A stretch of DNA of 64,000 bases from Ylistrum balloti (taxonomy: Eukaryota), in the NCBI RefSeq assembly GCF_031769215.1, contig NW_026782064.1, forward strand, positions 1,426,001 to 1,490,000, written 5' to 3'. Made by a program: the position numbers and the translations under genes. How positions within the stretch are numbered: position 1 is the first letter of the stretch; each line of letters starts with the position of its first letter. Shown piece after piece: positions 25,289-39,440 of the stretch. The notes beneath the pieces are model-generated. The model did no database searches and had not been told where the DNA came from. It worked only from the letters and a program-made list of their open reading frames with translations.

Positions 25289-27279
25289 GTTTTACTTTAT
25301 TGTTGTTGTTCTATCAATAGCTAGTTAAGAAGATAGGAAGTGTTCTTGGTGGGCAAGTTGTAGTCAAAGTTTGGTTAGCATGATCAAATATTTCCTGTAT
25401 ATTTTGTTGAGCTAACCAGGCCTACTGCAGTCAAACCTACGCCATTATATACTGCTTCAGTCATTTGCCATTTCTAATTCCCGTTTCCTTGTTTCGCTTC
25501 AAGCTGATGATTTTATGTACTTGTAAAATCACTCTAAAAGTCTAGATCAGTCTAGAATGTTTTTATTCTAGAATATCTTCTTGTTGACATGTTTAATATT
25601 TGAAGTAGAACATACACCTGACTTTCAGATCAATTTTGACAACTAGATGTTTCAATCAAAAGCTCTGAACAGATACAACCAATGAAGATGATTTAATTGG
25701 TTGATTTATAGCACAATATATATACCCAACAGTAATAGGTTTATGTGTGGTTGGTAATAGATCTGACCTGGGCCAGTGTATCAATGTAAATAAATGGTAC
25801 ATGATATGGTATGTATTGTCAAAATACTGTTGTTAAGGTTGTAAGCCTTGTGTATTTATAGATTTCCTAAGAAGAAAATTATCTTTGAAAAGTAACTCTA
25901 GTTGTCCTAAAAATCAAATGAGGCTCATTGATGTAAATATAAGGTTTTGCTAATTTAAGTTTATGATAAAAATGGACTTTTCTTCTGTTGTCCGTTGATC
26001 ATTGAGCAGTGTAAAAGACAACAGAACCAACACACAACTTTTCCTAAGGCTAACTTGGAAATATTGCATCATTATTTTGCATGGATTTGAGATTATTTTC
26101 ATTATTAGAACAAAGTATGTACATGTATCTAATTCTTACAGTTTATGTTTTGGAGAGAAATATGGTGTTACCGTGCATATTGTAAATAACACATAATTCA
26201 CGTTAGATAACAGATTGACTGTAATGATCTAAGCATCGAACAAAATGTTTTATTTATATAAACTAGAAAATGGCAATTCAGAAATGGCTAAAATGATCAA
26301 CATGCAGTTTTTATCACAAATGAAATATTTTCAATATAAATTTTGTGCAATTATGAGATATGACACATCTATTTTGATTATATATTGTATTGAAGTATTG
26401 TGATGGGGCATTACTGATATGTGGAATTGTTGAATATGCCCCCTATGTTCATGTATGTACTGTCAAATTATGAATGTAACTTGGTTCATAAAATCCAGAA
26501 ACTATTAAAAGAAAAACTGAAACTGTTGGTAACAATAGAATTATTTTAGAAAATGGAAGAATGCACTGTCTTACAGATGTGTTCACTATATTTGTTTCTT
26601 AGAGTCTGCAGTAAAAGATAATATATAAGTGTATTTTAAGAAATCCTGCATGCATAAAAAGATATACATGACAAACCAGAACCTTGTTTAAAAACCTTTA
26701 AGCAACAAAAGTGTCTTTCCTTTTGGAGATAAAAATGTGCTCATCAGATCTTAACTATATTGATCTTTTTGTATCTATTGAAATTTATGTGAAAGACCTC
26801 CAAAGTTGTCATTGTTAAGGAACATGAAAATTATGATGACCAGGACGTTTGCAATAATAAAAGTGTTTTTTCCTTCACTGATCAAAACAATCCTTGTTGT
26901 ATCCAAGAGTTGTGTGGAAAAGGATGCTGAGGACACTTGTAGGCTTCCATTGGTTAAACAAAGTGTCCTAGCATAGCTGTGAGTGGGTGTTTGTTAGGGA
27001 GTAGTCTGTTTTGTTCAGTGATAGGAAGGAGAAACACTGTTATTCATTCCAAACCTGATCTCTATACATGTACAGAAATACTGGTGCCAGTGTTAATCTG
27101 TTTGGACTGTCCTAGTCTAAAAATGAATCTGTATTATTTATTTTACAAATTAACCTTTCCTACGTTGTGATACTATGTTGCTAAATAAAGAAAAAGTTGA
27201 AGAAAATTTCCTACTGTTGTTTTTTTTAACATGTATGTTTCAGAAAGCTCATATGCCTGAAGAGAAATTCAGCTCCTTC

Positions 27280-28830
27280 CTTGGGGTCAGGTCAAAGGTT
27301 ACGATAACAGCCAATAGCATGATAGCTTTTGAGAACTATTTAAGTTGTTCCCAGGCAAGTGGGTTAAATTACAATATTTCTTCAATGTTTTCTTCAAAAA
27401 CCAAGTGAGGCCTTACAGTGTTGGTAGCATGTTGGGATAAATGGCTATCAAGTTGGATACAATTTGTAAATGTCTTTCTCTGAATGATATGAGGCAAGGT
27501 CACCATACGTACAAAGCCAATAGCAAGCAGGGATGAAGAGCCACAAAATAGGTTGGGCGATTTCAAGATTTTACATTTTGAAATTACCTCTGAATATGTC
27601 TTAAGAGACATGCTATGATAAAGGACGATTTAAGTTTGACATTGGCTTATTTCCAAGGTCAAAGTGAAATAATTTGTGAAAATCTAAATTTCTTCCCATT
27701 AGCGAAGATGCCCAAAGTTTTAACATGGGGTAGTTTCTCGATGTGATGAACTTATTTTTTATCAAATATTTCAAATAATCTTGTCCGTTCTAGAATACAG
27801 TGCCAAATGTGTTGAAATCTTTGAACAACTTTTGAACTAACAGTTGGTCGAGTTTGACATTTGGCTGGTGGCTTTATGAATGGGTTTCATGTTTGTGTTC
27901 AAATGACTAGCTTTTACTTGTTAATACTCATTTGGCCTCATTTTCAAGGTTACAGGAGCTAGATTTATTAAAACACTTACACCACTTTTGATGACTGGGA
28001 AATCCTAAAATCATATTTTGTAAGTTGGTCCCTGGGAAGTGACCTTCACCCTTATAAGTCCCCTGCCGATGTAACCTGGAGTAGGACTATAGTGTCTAAC
28101 TCGAGGAAACGTTGATGAATTTGAATGAAACTTCATTTGCTGTTAAGTTATGAGGAGATACAGAGTGGGATCAAGTTTGGGGTCGAAGGTCAGTTACAAA
28201 GGTCACTTGCTAACAACAAATGTTTTTCGTCAAATTTTGCTTTCAAAATGATTACTTCAGAAAGGTGTAATGGATTTGGTTTAAACTTCATTCAATGTTA
28301 GCTTATTAGGTTATAAAGAGTGGAATTGTGTTTTGGTACAAAAGGTCGACTACGAAGATCACTTTAACTAAAAATAGATTTTTATCGTCATATTTTCGCT
28401 TCCAGATGATAAATTGTGATAGGGTTGACCGATTATATTGAAACTTACTGCTATCTAATATTATTTAAAAATATATAGAGTGGGATTTAGTTCGAGGTCA
28501 AAAGGTCAACTGTGAAGGCTGTATACTGACAATTAAACTAGTATGGTTAAATTTGCCATGAAAGGTCAGACACAAAGCTGGGTCCTTTCTGACATGTCGA
28601 TGTTTTAATTTGTTTTCTAGATAATCACTTGATTGAATTAGGGATAGCAAACTTGATTAAAATTTCATACAGTATTAAGCACAAGGGAGTGCATATACAG
28701 CTAGCTGTTCATAGCTAGAAATGATGGTTAAGATGAGACATTTGTCCATTGCTATCAAGATCTATGTTGCTTAAAAAATTTAATTAACGGCAGGGGACGA
28801 ATGTTTTAACACTAACTATTTGTTTTAAGG
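27280..28830. mobile_element. Decayed non-autonomous element, Helentron/HINE-like (tentative)
   Basis: Recurrent GGTCAAAGGTCA / TCAAGGTCA and GAAACTTCAT motifs at 27286, 27655, 27944, 28182 and 28494, ending in GGCAGGGGACGAATGTTTT...CTATTTGTTT. Resembles bivalve tandem-repeat-bearing Helentron derivatives; no coding sequence. Confidence 0.35.
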
Positions 28831-31039
28831 ATTTAACATACTCATAAATTAATCCATCAGTTGTAGACATATAATGTTTATAGTGTGAGTATGATTGTTC
28901 TTAAGCTTTTTTTAAAATGTCAGTAATGTGGAAAAACACTGAATCAACTTTATCCCTGGTCTGTCTGTCGGTCTGTTGATCTTAATTACATCTTCTGGAT
29001 AGATCATTCTAAAACCTCATTTTCTAGATTTCTTCCTCTCGAGTCTCACAGTATATTTTGGGACTGGTCCGAGGGGGTAGGGAAGGATAAACAGTCTCCA
29101 ATTGATAAATACCCTACCATAACGGGCACCAAGATGCCCCTGAGATCTGTTATGATAAATGACGGAATTAGTTCTTTGTCGTCGTGACTGATACAAGCTC
29201 TTACATACGGGCCCTATTCACTAATCCTGTTTGTCGTGGCCGAACTGACGATTTTTTACAGTTTGACAGGGTAGCGACCGGAGGTTTACCGTAACACTAG
29301 TCGACATGCTATTGTCCAATAATAACATCATATGGCCATTTCATACTCCGTACATAATATAGGATAGGATTTTCAGTTCCATTGACTTGATCGTGCCCCC
29401 CAGACAGAGATATATCACAAAGGGATTGATTACATACGGATTCAATGTTTTCCTTCGATATTGCGATTTTTTTCATATGATCGTTGACCTGTGGAGAGAG
29501 TTTGATTTAAACATTAGGCCCTAGACGGTTACGTGAGTAACTTTCACGGGTATTGTCCTTTAAACCTCGATATTGAAATGTCGTCTGAAGTGTAGAAATC
29601 GAGAACAGCTTCAAAACTGCTTGTCAAATAGGTGCGGTAGTGGTACTCGCAACCTTGTCATGTTATAGAAACTTTGATTCAACCAGGAAAGTCAACAACT
29701 GACATCGAGAAACATCGAATTGTCCGTTATAACGGACAGCAAAACGTTTTATATCTCAACGCAAACATTAAAATGTTAAACGTGTATACACATAGGAAAC
29801 AGCAAAAATGTATAATATTGATATGGGAGACAGGATTTTTACTAATTATTATAGAAACATCAAACTGTTTACTAGTTATAAAAAACTAGGCTTAATTTTC
29901 ACTCTCTAGTAAAACATCTTAAGTTTGAATATCAATTTAGAAAACGTCAATCTATATGTATATTTACATATGCGATATCAAAGTAATAGATATTAAAATA
30001 ATTTTGATATACTTCTGTATCAATTACGTTTACTGCATACAACTGGTACAGACATCGTACGGTGAATAAACTAAGTTCATTTGAAGGGTTAGTATAGATG
30101 CTAGCTATCATTATACCGTACATATCGCTAGACTAATGTAAAAAAAAAATCTAAAAAAAAATAAAAGTCCAGAAGGAGTCGTTTTGGCCGTGATATTATC
30201 TTAAAACAATAGATATATACCATAACATTTTCAAATACAGTCTAAGTGATGGTCGATTCCTATGTTCCTTTTTAGATGTGCCCGTATTCAAAGCCATCAC
30301 AACAAGCTAGGATAAATTCTGTTAGTCGGTCATGACATTGGTATATATATAAGCATAATTCAATGACAGTTGGTGTGGTTAGAGAAAGAGCTTTTCTTTG
30401 TTGTTCCTTCTCAACATGTTAATGAAACGGGAGGAAATGTACTTTAGAATCCTTTACTAACAGCCGTGTACACGTACACAACGCATATATCTGGTTATTA
30501 ATGGGTGGATTGAATTACTACAAAACGTAAACATGCCTATCCCCTACGACTTTTTAACAATCGAGTTTAACATATCTTTTGTTTCTACAACATAAACTTT
30601 TTACTTTCTGTTCCCGACTCGATGTGCTTGATAACAAAACTTCGTTAGATTTTATTCCCCACTGCTCATTGACCGAGAGTGTCAAGGCCAACAACCGCTC
30701 GAGTTTCTCATCTCTATTTTTAGACTTCAAGCATGAGCAAATATCGCTCGGATGTAGATCTCGATGTCAATGGAAATTTCCATCCGCGTGTAGCTGGGCC
30801 GAGTTAAATAACTCCTAAACACTTATTGTTGGTATAGCATTTATGAACAATGCTGAAGAAAACATTATTGTTATCCACAAAGAGTTCTAATAGGAAACTT
30901 GTACATATTTCCTCGTGATTTACAACGCTTAGGAGAAAAGACATATTTGACATAGGTCAATCGACACACAGTATGATAGTACAACAAAACAAATATTGTA
31001 CATAACAAAGTAGTCTAACACTTACTTAGATAATAATTC

Positions 31040-31617
31040 ATATCATAGTAATGGACAATAATTCATATTATAGTAATGGACAATAATTCATATTATAGTA
31101 ATGGACAATAATTCATATAGTAATGGACAATAATTCATATCACAGTAATGGACAATAATTCCATATTATAATATGGTAATGGACAATAATTCATATTATA
31201 GTGATGGACAATAATTCATATTATAGTAATGGACAAGACTTCATATAGTAATGGACAATAATTTATATTATAGTAATGGACAATACTTCATATAGTAATG
31301 GACAATAATTTATATTATAGTAATGGACAATAATTCATATAGTAATGGACAATAATTCATATAGTAATGGTGGACAATAATTCATATAGTAATGGACAAT
31401 AATTCATATAGTAATGGTGGGCAATAATTCATATAGTAATGGACAATAATTCATATAGTAATGGACAATAATTCATATAGTAATGGACAATAATTTATAT
31501 AGTAATGGACAATAATTTATATTATAGTAATGGACAATAATTCATATAGTAATGGACAATAATTTATATTATAGTAATGGACAATAATTCATATAGTAAT
31601 GGACAATAATTCATATT
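31040..31617. repeat. 20-25 bp minisatellite
   Basis: Unit ATAGTAATGGACAATAATTCAT with or without ATT, more than 20 copies. Confidence 0.95.
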
Positions 31618-34600
31618 TAAGAGTTTTTGTTTCTGGGTAACATTAAATTTTCCGTTGAAGCTGAAAAGTATATCAAGATAATTTAACTGGTCAACAATTT
31701 CGAGTTATGTACCATTATAATACCATTTTTCATCATGGAGTAGCATACATAGAATATAAAATTGGTGATAAGATTTCCACTTGAAAGAGACCGAGGCTGT
31801 TAGTGAAATATTCAGAGTAAGCTCCATCGTGCTTTACACAAGATTTAACACAGCTTTAGAAAGTCTGAATAACTTTAAACATTTTTTATTATAGAAATAC
31901 GACCTTGTCACAGACACATCGTACCACCAAACTAACTACTCAACGAGAAAAGATATTCGACCCCCTTCCAAGACTTACTCTTAGCTTACATCAAACAATG
32001 CTTCGTTTGTTTAAGGATTTATGCTCTCCAGCAAGGTTTGCGAACAGCATGACTTTGTCATCGTGAAAAGTGCTATATTTTTTATTTGGATGAATCAGTT
32101 TCGACACAGAAGCGCAAAAATGATATTTCTTACTTTTTTCACTGATAAATATTTTTGGAAACCGCAATGTTTACTCTCTACTGTATATGATTGACTTGTC
32201 ATTAAAAAAACTCAAGGAACTTAATTGGCATACTGCACTGCACAATTTCTGTAATATCTGTGTTTTTTCATGACAACTAGAGATATGTACTGAGTACACT
32301 TATGTAGTCGCCATTACTACTGAAGGACTTAACTGTTGTTAAGCTGACGACATGTTACTTTAGATGCGTGATAATCACGTGTTTTCGCCGATAACGCACA
32401 CGTAAAGGTGTTGTGAGGGACGTGCAAAAGGGCGTAGCCATACAATGACTCACTACCTGTCACCAGGGAGCTCAGTGATAATGGTTTACATACTGTATAT
32501 TGTAAGTGTATATCATGAGGCAGTTTGTGACTTTCAATACCTTGATAGATTAGAATGATGTCATTTTTAAATTTAACTTTAATGTAGAATGTGATATGAT
32601 GAAACGTCTGTGAGTAAGACCTGATTTACACTGATATCATCCTGTCAAAACATGCACAAAAGAAAAAAAACGAGATTAATAGGAACTGGAATGAGTAACA
32701 TTCTGTCAGTTCTGATTGAGTCTGAGGTCAGTGGTGGTCGGTCCACGATAGTATTATGAGTCAGAATGGTGAGTTGGGGCAGACGACAGCTGGGGAGTAC
32801 ACGGGTGACGTGTGCATAATCACTGCTCACTTAGCGATTATTTAATATCTTTGTTAATGTTTTTTCTGTTTATTTCGCCCAGAATGAATATTCATATATA
32901 GAATAACATATTTAACACGCGATAATCATGCAAATCACGCAAATTATATTGAAGAACTAGACAAATAATATGCATTAAGTCAGCATTTCATTTCAAGTAG
33001 AAGTTTTAAAGATTTGAAAACTATTTGACAAGTCCTTTGTCGATTGTGGGTATACAAGTTAGATATTGTAAGCGAAATTGTATGTAAGCAATTTGTGTGA
33101 TACTACTCAACGATAATCTAAAATGGTGTGGAATATGGCGGAGAAAGCATGTATTCCTAGACTACATCACAGTATAATTTCTTTACATTCGATCAAACAT
33201 TTTTGAAATACCTTGGCAATGCTGAATCACAGATCTGAAATCTGTACTTTATATTATGTATACTTATGACTGATCATATAGGGAATACGTAAACATGTTT
33301 TTTTTTATTATGACTTGGGCAAGATAGCGCATCGTTCGCCACTGGTCACAGGTAAAACGCCCTTAGCTGGACAAATCCTGCATATATTACCTCATGAATC
33401 ACGTTGAAAGTTTCCGAATTCATGACAGAGCATTTGAATTAGTAAGAAGCAAACAAATCAGTATTTATAGCATGGAGATCATCCTGAAAAAAAATAAAAT
33501 GAAAAGTATAATATCTGAATGCAGCGGTTTTCAAAACAGATGAAAGAAGAAAACACGTGAACATATTTCAATGCATTCATTCGTCATTATGAGATAAAAC
33601 TTCATCGATCGGAACGCTTTTTAGCGGTATCAAAATAGTAGGATAAAGATGACAAATTGACTGACATCCCTGAGACCTGAATCCTAAATTTATGAATGTA
33701 TACTATATTCTTTGTCGAATTTGAAGTATTACTGAATTCTTTGATAAACGGAACAAGAAAATGGACGATTCTGTGCAATGACTGAAGCTATACAGTTGTT
33801 ATTTCATAAGAATACACTTGTTTTGTATTTGCTTGATTCTGGTGTAAATGGAAACTCTGTCTGGAGTACTGTTGATAACACGGACATACCGCCGACTTCA
33901 GTTAACCCCCACACCTCCCTCCAAATCATTTCACTTATCTACGTTGAGAAGTAATAAAAGACTAAATTTCTGTTGTTTCTTGTTTACACCAACTGTAAGG
34001 ACGATTTACAGTCGGATCTATAGACAAGTCTAAATCTGCAGAACATATGATAGGTTATGTTGGTGGTGGTAAATGTGCAGCCTGCCCAACAAACGTAATT
34101 GGAATAACTTACTGTTCATTAGAGCAAAAATATTTGAAAAAGCAATTACTGATACCATAACTGTCATTGATCAGCTGATATTTTAGGGCAGCTGTAAAGC
34201 CACGTGCACACTACCTACGTAATTGCTGACTTGGTGATTTTACCGTATAACATTTAATGAAAGCGTTTGCCTTGAACTTAAAGTGAAGCCGTCAATCATC
34301 CCTAATGTATAGCTAGCTGTACACGGCGCGACCTAAGTGGGGAAATATATCATGATGAGATGGCGGATAGTCAGGTGTGACGCCGTCTATACAGGTACAC
34401 CACCGGTACAGGTGATCACAAGGGGCCGAAATACAAAATACTTATGGAGGTGTTAGTATGCAAATCTGGCGGGTCAGCCGTACTGTGGTGATAACCCTGG
34501 GCTAACACGAAACACGACGTGTGGTATCAAACGATACACTACAAGCGAGACATGAACAGGATAGCCACGTTCATACTCCTTATGCCCGATTTTCACACTC

Positions 34601-36914
34601 ATAAATTATTTGCATATTGGAATTTTAGGTGATGTAAGACACTGATATACTTTTAGAATCCGACGCAACAAAGGTAGTTTGGAAATTCCTGAATCACGAT
34701 TAGAACGACTTTTTTCACCTTACGCGTGTCGTTCTTTGTCGAACAAATTGTGCCGGAAACATGTCACAAGATTGCTTACACAATGTTAACCCGCATTAGC
34801 ATTAGTTGATTAACACATTCCATAGATTATCATCTTCAAATGTTGAGACCTTATATCGATATATTTCACGGTAAATCTAAAGGTCAGTGGGTCTAATTTC
34901 GGTACACGAAACGTTAATATCTCCTCACTTTTTGGAAACCAATCCAACGTTGACTTCCTCTAGTACATTGGCGCGTGATACATGAATGTAGAGTGCTGTA
35001 AGAAGTCTCTGAGAAGCGCCTAGCTTCTAATTCTATGTGAGGTTCTTACCCAACACTCATTCAGTATATCATGACAACGTAGTGCTTTGTTATATGTATG
35101 CTTATACATGTACTCTTCCACAAATAATATTCGGGATCGATTTATTTTCGCTGTTACATGTATATATTGGTCCCAAGTCTCATTACGTGAAATTCAGGAA
35201 GGAAACTTTTAGCATATAACAACAACGCAGTACTTATCTATACAGTACCATACTGTGAACCAGCTAATATTCGGGGTCCATTTATTTTCGTTGGTATAGG
35301 TGTACTTCGTCACATCAGTATTTTGTCTGAGTCTGCGTTAGAATCCAAACTGAATGAGTCTGATCATTCTTTTGTCTTGATTTTATAAAGTCTTCCCTTA
35401 ATTGATAATTCCATGTTGGTAGTCTGTTTTCAAGTGACATTTTGGCATTTGATGCCCAGAACTAATCGGTTGATTTCAGAATATTTCCATGAGCGGGAGT
35501 GTTACTAGCAATACAGACTGCAAGATTAGCTAACTAACTAAACGTAATTCACCCATCAGGAATCAGTAAAATGACAAGACTGATAGCGACCCAGTCGCCA
35601 CCTTGGTCTCTTGGTTCTAGAAGGACGAAACAGCTGTATGATATAGTTTAATGCACTGTTTGGCTCAACTGTATGTAAGTGTAATGAAAGGCACTATTCA
35701 CCTGTGTGTCTTTTATACAACCCTCGAAATTGTAGGCAGTAGACACTGCTGGTAAACATTTAGTCCCCGAGGTCTGCCGTAACCTGTACGCCAGGTTTTA
35801 ATTAATTGGAATCTGATAAAATAATAGCACAGTTCAAATTATTAACTCGTACTTGACGTCCTTTTGGAATCATCAGACATATGGAAATTACGAAACGTAC
35901 TGCATTAATGAGCTAGTGCACCTAACTTTCGGTCACATTTGATTTCCTAAGTCATCTAATCCTATGTTTCAAGCCTGACAAGACTCAGAAGGAAGAAACA
36001 GATGTATGCTGCAACTGAATTCATAATTTGGCTCAAAAGTTGTATTGAAAGGTGTTTTTCACTTGTGTGTCTCTTGTACAAAATGTTCTTGACATAGTCC
36101 AAGAGCACCGCGGACAATGAGGTGGCCAATAACCCAGGACACGACAAAGTCATAGATAACCGCAATTCAAATCCGCTGACTCTGGGACAGCTATAGGGTT
36201 AGTCTCTATCAAACGTCACCAAAACGTTTTCATAGTGACATTCGTTTCATGCAGAATGTGGTAAAAGTGGAACGTATCATTGAATAAGATATATGTTTGT
36301 ACGTACGTGCTGTACCGCACAGATGAAACCATTAACAGACACACAAATCAGATTGACTCTACCGCCGGCTTGCTGGCACGCTTTCATACGACCCGTTTTG
36401 CACCCAGAGGGGTGCTGACCAGGTCGCCCAGAAAAATGTGCCACTACAATAATTAGGACAAATTAATAAAATAGCTTTTGGCGATTTGTTCGTTCTTCAA
36501 GTAGCAATCGAATACAATTATCCCTTATGATAACCATATGTATGTAAAGGTCAGCTATCAACATGTAACATGTCTCTCTGACCATTTATCAAGTATCTTC
36601 CAAAATCCTTTAAATTTGCATTGCTTATAAATCTGTGAAGACCAGGGTCACGTGATATCGCAAATGGATAGCCTGTATAGCGTATATATGTATACTAGTA
36701 TTCGTTATCATATCAGAGAAGCGATGACAGGCATTTAAACAAGATATGATGTGCATCTCTCTCACTTTACAGACATTTGCTGTCTACGTTTTGATCAAGT
36801 GTCGTTGTACCTTCCATTATCATTTTAGATAATGACGTCACGTGTAACGTTTCACGTATCATTCAGTAACTGTGGCGGTTACGTCTGCATCAGTGTAGTT
36901 TTATCTCGAAACTA

Positions 36915-37250
36915 CGGAAGCGTATTCCGGCCACATTGTTTTATTTTATCTCGAAATTTCGAGATAGCAACTCGAAATTTTGAGTTAGTAATCCGAAATT
37001 TTGAGATATCAACTCGAAATTTCGAGATAGCAACGCGAAATTTTGAGATAGCAACTCGAAATTTCGAGTTAGTAAAATCCGAAATTTTGAGTTAGTAAAA
37101 CCGAAATTTTGAGTTAGTCAAATTTTGAGATATTAACCCGAATTTTCGAGATAACAACTCGAAATTTCGACTTACTTACTCAAAATCTCGGATTACTAAC
37201 TCCAAATTTCGTGTTAAAATAATACACAACGTGGCCGGAATACGCTTCCG
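36915..37250. mobile_element. 336-bp MITE/foldback element with terminal inverted repeats, flanked by TA
   Basis: Left CGGAAGCGTATTCCGGCCAC (36915-36934) is the exact reverse complement of the right end (37231-37250). Imperfect complementarity extends inward; TA lies on both flanks; internal 21-bp repeats. Confidence 0.85.
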
Positions 37251-37539
37251 TACCGCTCACATTCTATCGCTATCTCCCTCTACCATCCCTGTGCTAAAAT
37301 GTCCTACCCGCTACCCGGCCCTATTCCTACAAATACACAATTTAAACTATCTATCGTAGATAGACATCCCATCCTTTCTTCTAAAATTAGATCTGATATA
37401 CTTACATCTACTTTAAACTCTCTCCTGTATTTACTTATGCGAACAGCTGTCTATCAAAATCATGTCTTGATAGTTGTTGCGCATACGGCTTGGCTGTAAC
37501 TCCAGCAATGTCTTTCGAAACTTTCCTTGGTACTTGTAT

Positions 37540-37935
37540 ATGAAGGCCTAATCTTGATCTGTATCATGAAACCTGTCTGTAAAGACGTAATCTTTATCTT
37601 TATCATGGCACCTGTCTATAAAGACGTAATATTTATCTTAATCATGATACCTGTCTATAAAGACCTAACCTTTATCTATATCATGACACTTGTCTATAAA
37701 GACCCCATCTTTATATTTCATGACACCTGTCTATAAAGACGTAATCTGTATCTTTATCATGGCACCTGTCTATAAAGACCTAATCTTTATTTATATCATG
37801 ACACCTGTCTATAAAGACCCCATCTTTATCTATATCAGGACACCTGTGTATAAAGACCTCATCTTTATCTATATCATGACACCTGTCTATAAAGACCCCA
37901 TCTTTATCTATATCATGACACCTGTCTATAGAGAC
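37540..37935. repeat. 39-bp minisatellite, about 10 copies
   Basis: Unit ACACCTGTCTATAAAGACCTAATCTTTATCTATATCATG; explains ORFs 37527 and 37690. Confidence 0.92.
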
Positions 37936-38979
37936 AAGTGAGGCAAGTGAGTTGTTCTTTATCTTAAGTCCACAGCGGGACGTTAATACGTGTAATTGAG
38001 TCCTTTCCTTTCAAACAAATATGCCAAGTGATTTCTATGCCAACTTTTTAGCCATGGTTATATCAGGTTTTCACAAGCAGCGTAGTTAAATAGGCTTTAC
38101 GTGAGGCATTGGCTTGTTCAGTCTTCATGTGAAATTCTTGAAAATATGAAGACAAGACAAATTGGAGACACATGATATAGTACAAAGAAAAGAAGACCGA
38201 AAGAGTTTACGTTCCACAATGATAAGTGAAGGAAACAAACCAAACCAAACCAAAACAAACACACATAACCTCCCCCCTACCCCACCCCCCACCCCCCACA
38301 CCCCCTCAAAAAAAAACAAAAAAAACACGTACACACAATTGTTAAGAAATATTACAATTCGCATAATTTTAGTATTTAAAAAAAAGGCTGTATTTAATGG
38401 TATAAGGTATATTTACTCTCAAAAATAGTTCCCGAAATACAAATGATCATGTTGACTTGCTTCAGTATATTTACTGATTACCTATACAAGAGACGAGGGG
38501 ATGACAGGGTGCAGAAGCTGATATTTTGTTAACCCTGTACAGAGAAGGGCCACAGATAAAGGCCACATCGTAACGAATGTAGGACTGTACCGATCGCGAC
38601 GTCGCAATCTGTCAACACGGCGATCATGATCAAAGTATGTTAAAGGTCTATGTCCTAATCTGACGTGCTATGGTAATACTTATGACACGTTTTACAGCGC
38701 TTTTAAGCTAACATTTATTATGATGATGAACTTTTTCTCGACATTGGCGATAAGTTGGTTTGTCTCTCGGAGGAGAGCTCAACATAGGTACTGTTTCTCT
38801 GTAATAAATGTTTGATATCACAGGCTTTCTGTTCTAACATAGAGGTAATTGCAGTTCGAATTAGTCTCTTCTATGTTTTCTTGCAGAACAGAGAGTTTTT
38901 ATTTGTCCCTTTATTAAAGACACTGGACATGTTTTATTCTCCTTGTACGTTTTGATGGTAAGATCTCTTAACAGAATAA

Positions 38980-39440
38980 AGGTTTACCTGTGGGAACTAA
39001 ATTCTTGATTGGCTTGTTTTTGTTTTCATACGAGGCTTAATTTATTAAAGAACTTATCAAAACAGGCCACAAAGGCCTTGCAATGTCCTTCAACTTCACT
39101 TTCAGATACATAGATGATTTACTGTATTTAAATAAAAATTGGCCATGCCAATCCTTTATTCCCAATAGAATCAGGCATCAAGGATACGATAGTCTCTTCT
39201 ACAGCAGCCGTTTACCACGATCTTTACCTACAACGAATGGACAGCTTTCCGCCAAGCTGTATGATATGTGTGATAATTTCCCTTTCAGAAATGGTTCCAT
39301 TTTTACATTGTAGCATTCCTGTATCCCCAGTGGTGTTAACACGTTGTAATGTATTCGATATTCTAGAGCCTGTCTCCAATATCACGATTTTCTTGCAAGA
39401 TGCCGGCAAACGACAAACTCAGAACACATAGTTTCGATAG
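38980..39440 (+). mobile_element. Decayed Penelope-like retroelement RT fragment
   Basis: Across frameshifts reads GLPVGT..LFLFSYEA..SFNFTFRYIDDLL..IKDT..DLYL..GQLSAKLYD..PF..SIP..RYSRAC.YHDFL. This follows the GxPMGT / FRYIDD / KLYDKRDDF / IRYSRAC order of mollusc Penelope-like elements. Confidence 0.8.

Noticed and set aside
30540-30820. 79-aa plus-strand ORF and an overlapping minus-strand frame with one internal TGA (selenoprotein idea)
   Set aside because: No recognisable homology, no convincing splice pair and no SECIS-like element seen.
34458-34615. Opposed octamer motifs (ATGCAAAT / ATTTGCAT) suggesting an snRNA gene
   Set aside because: No U snRNA or other Pol III RNA sequence is recognisable nearby, and the frequency is compatible with chance.
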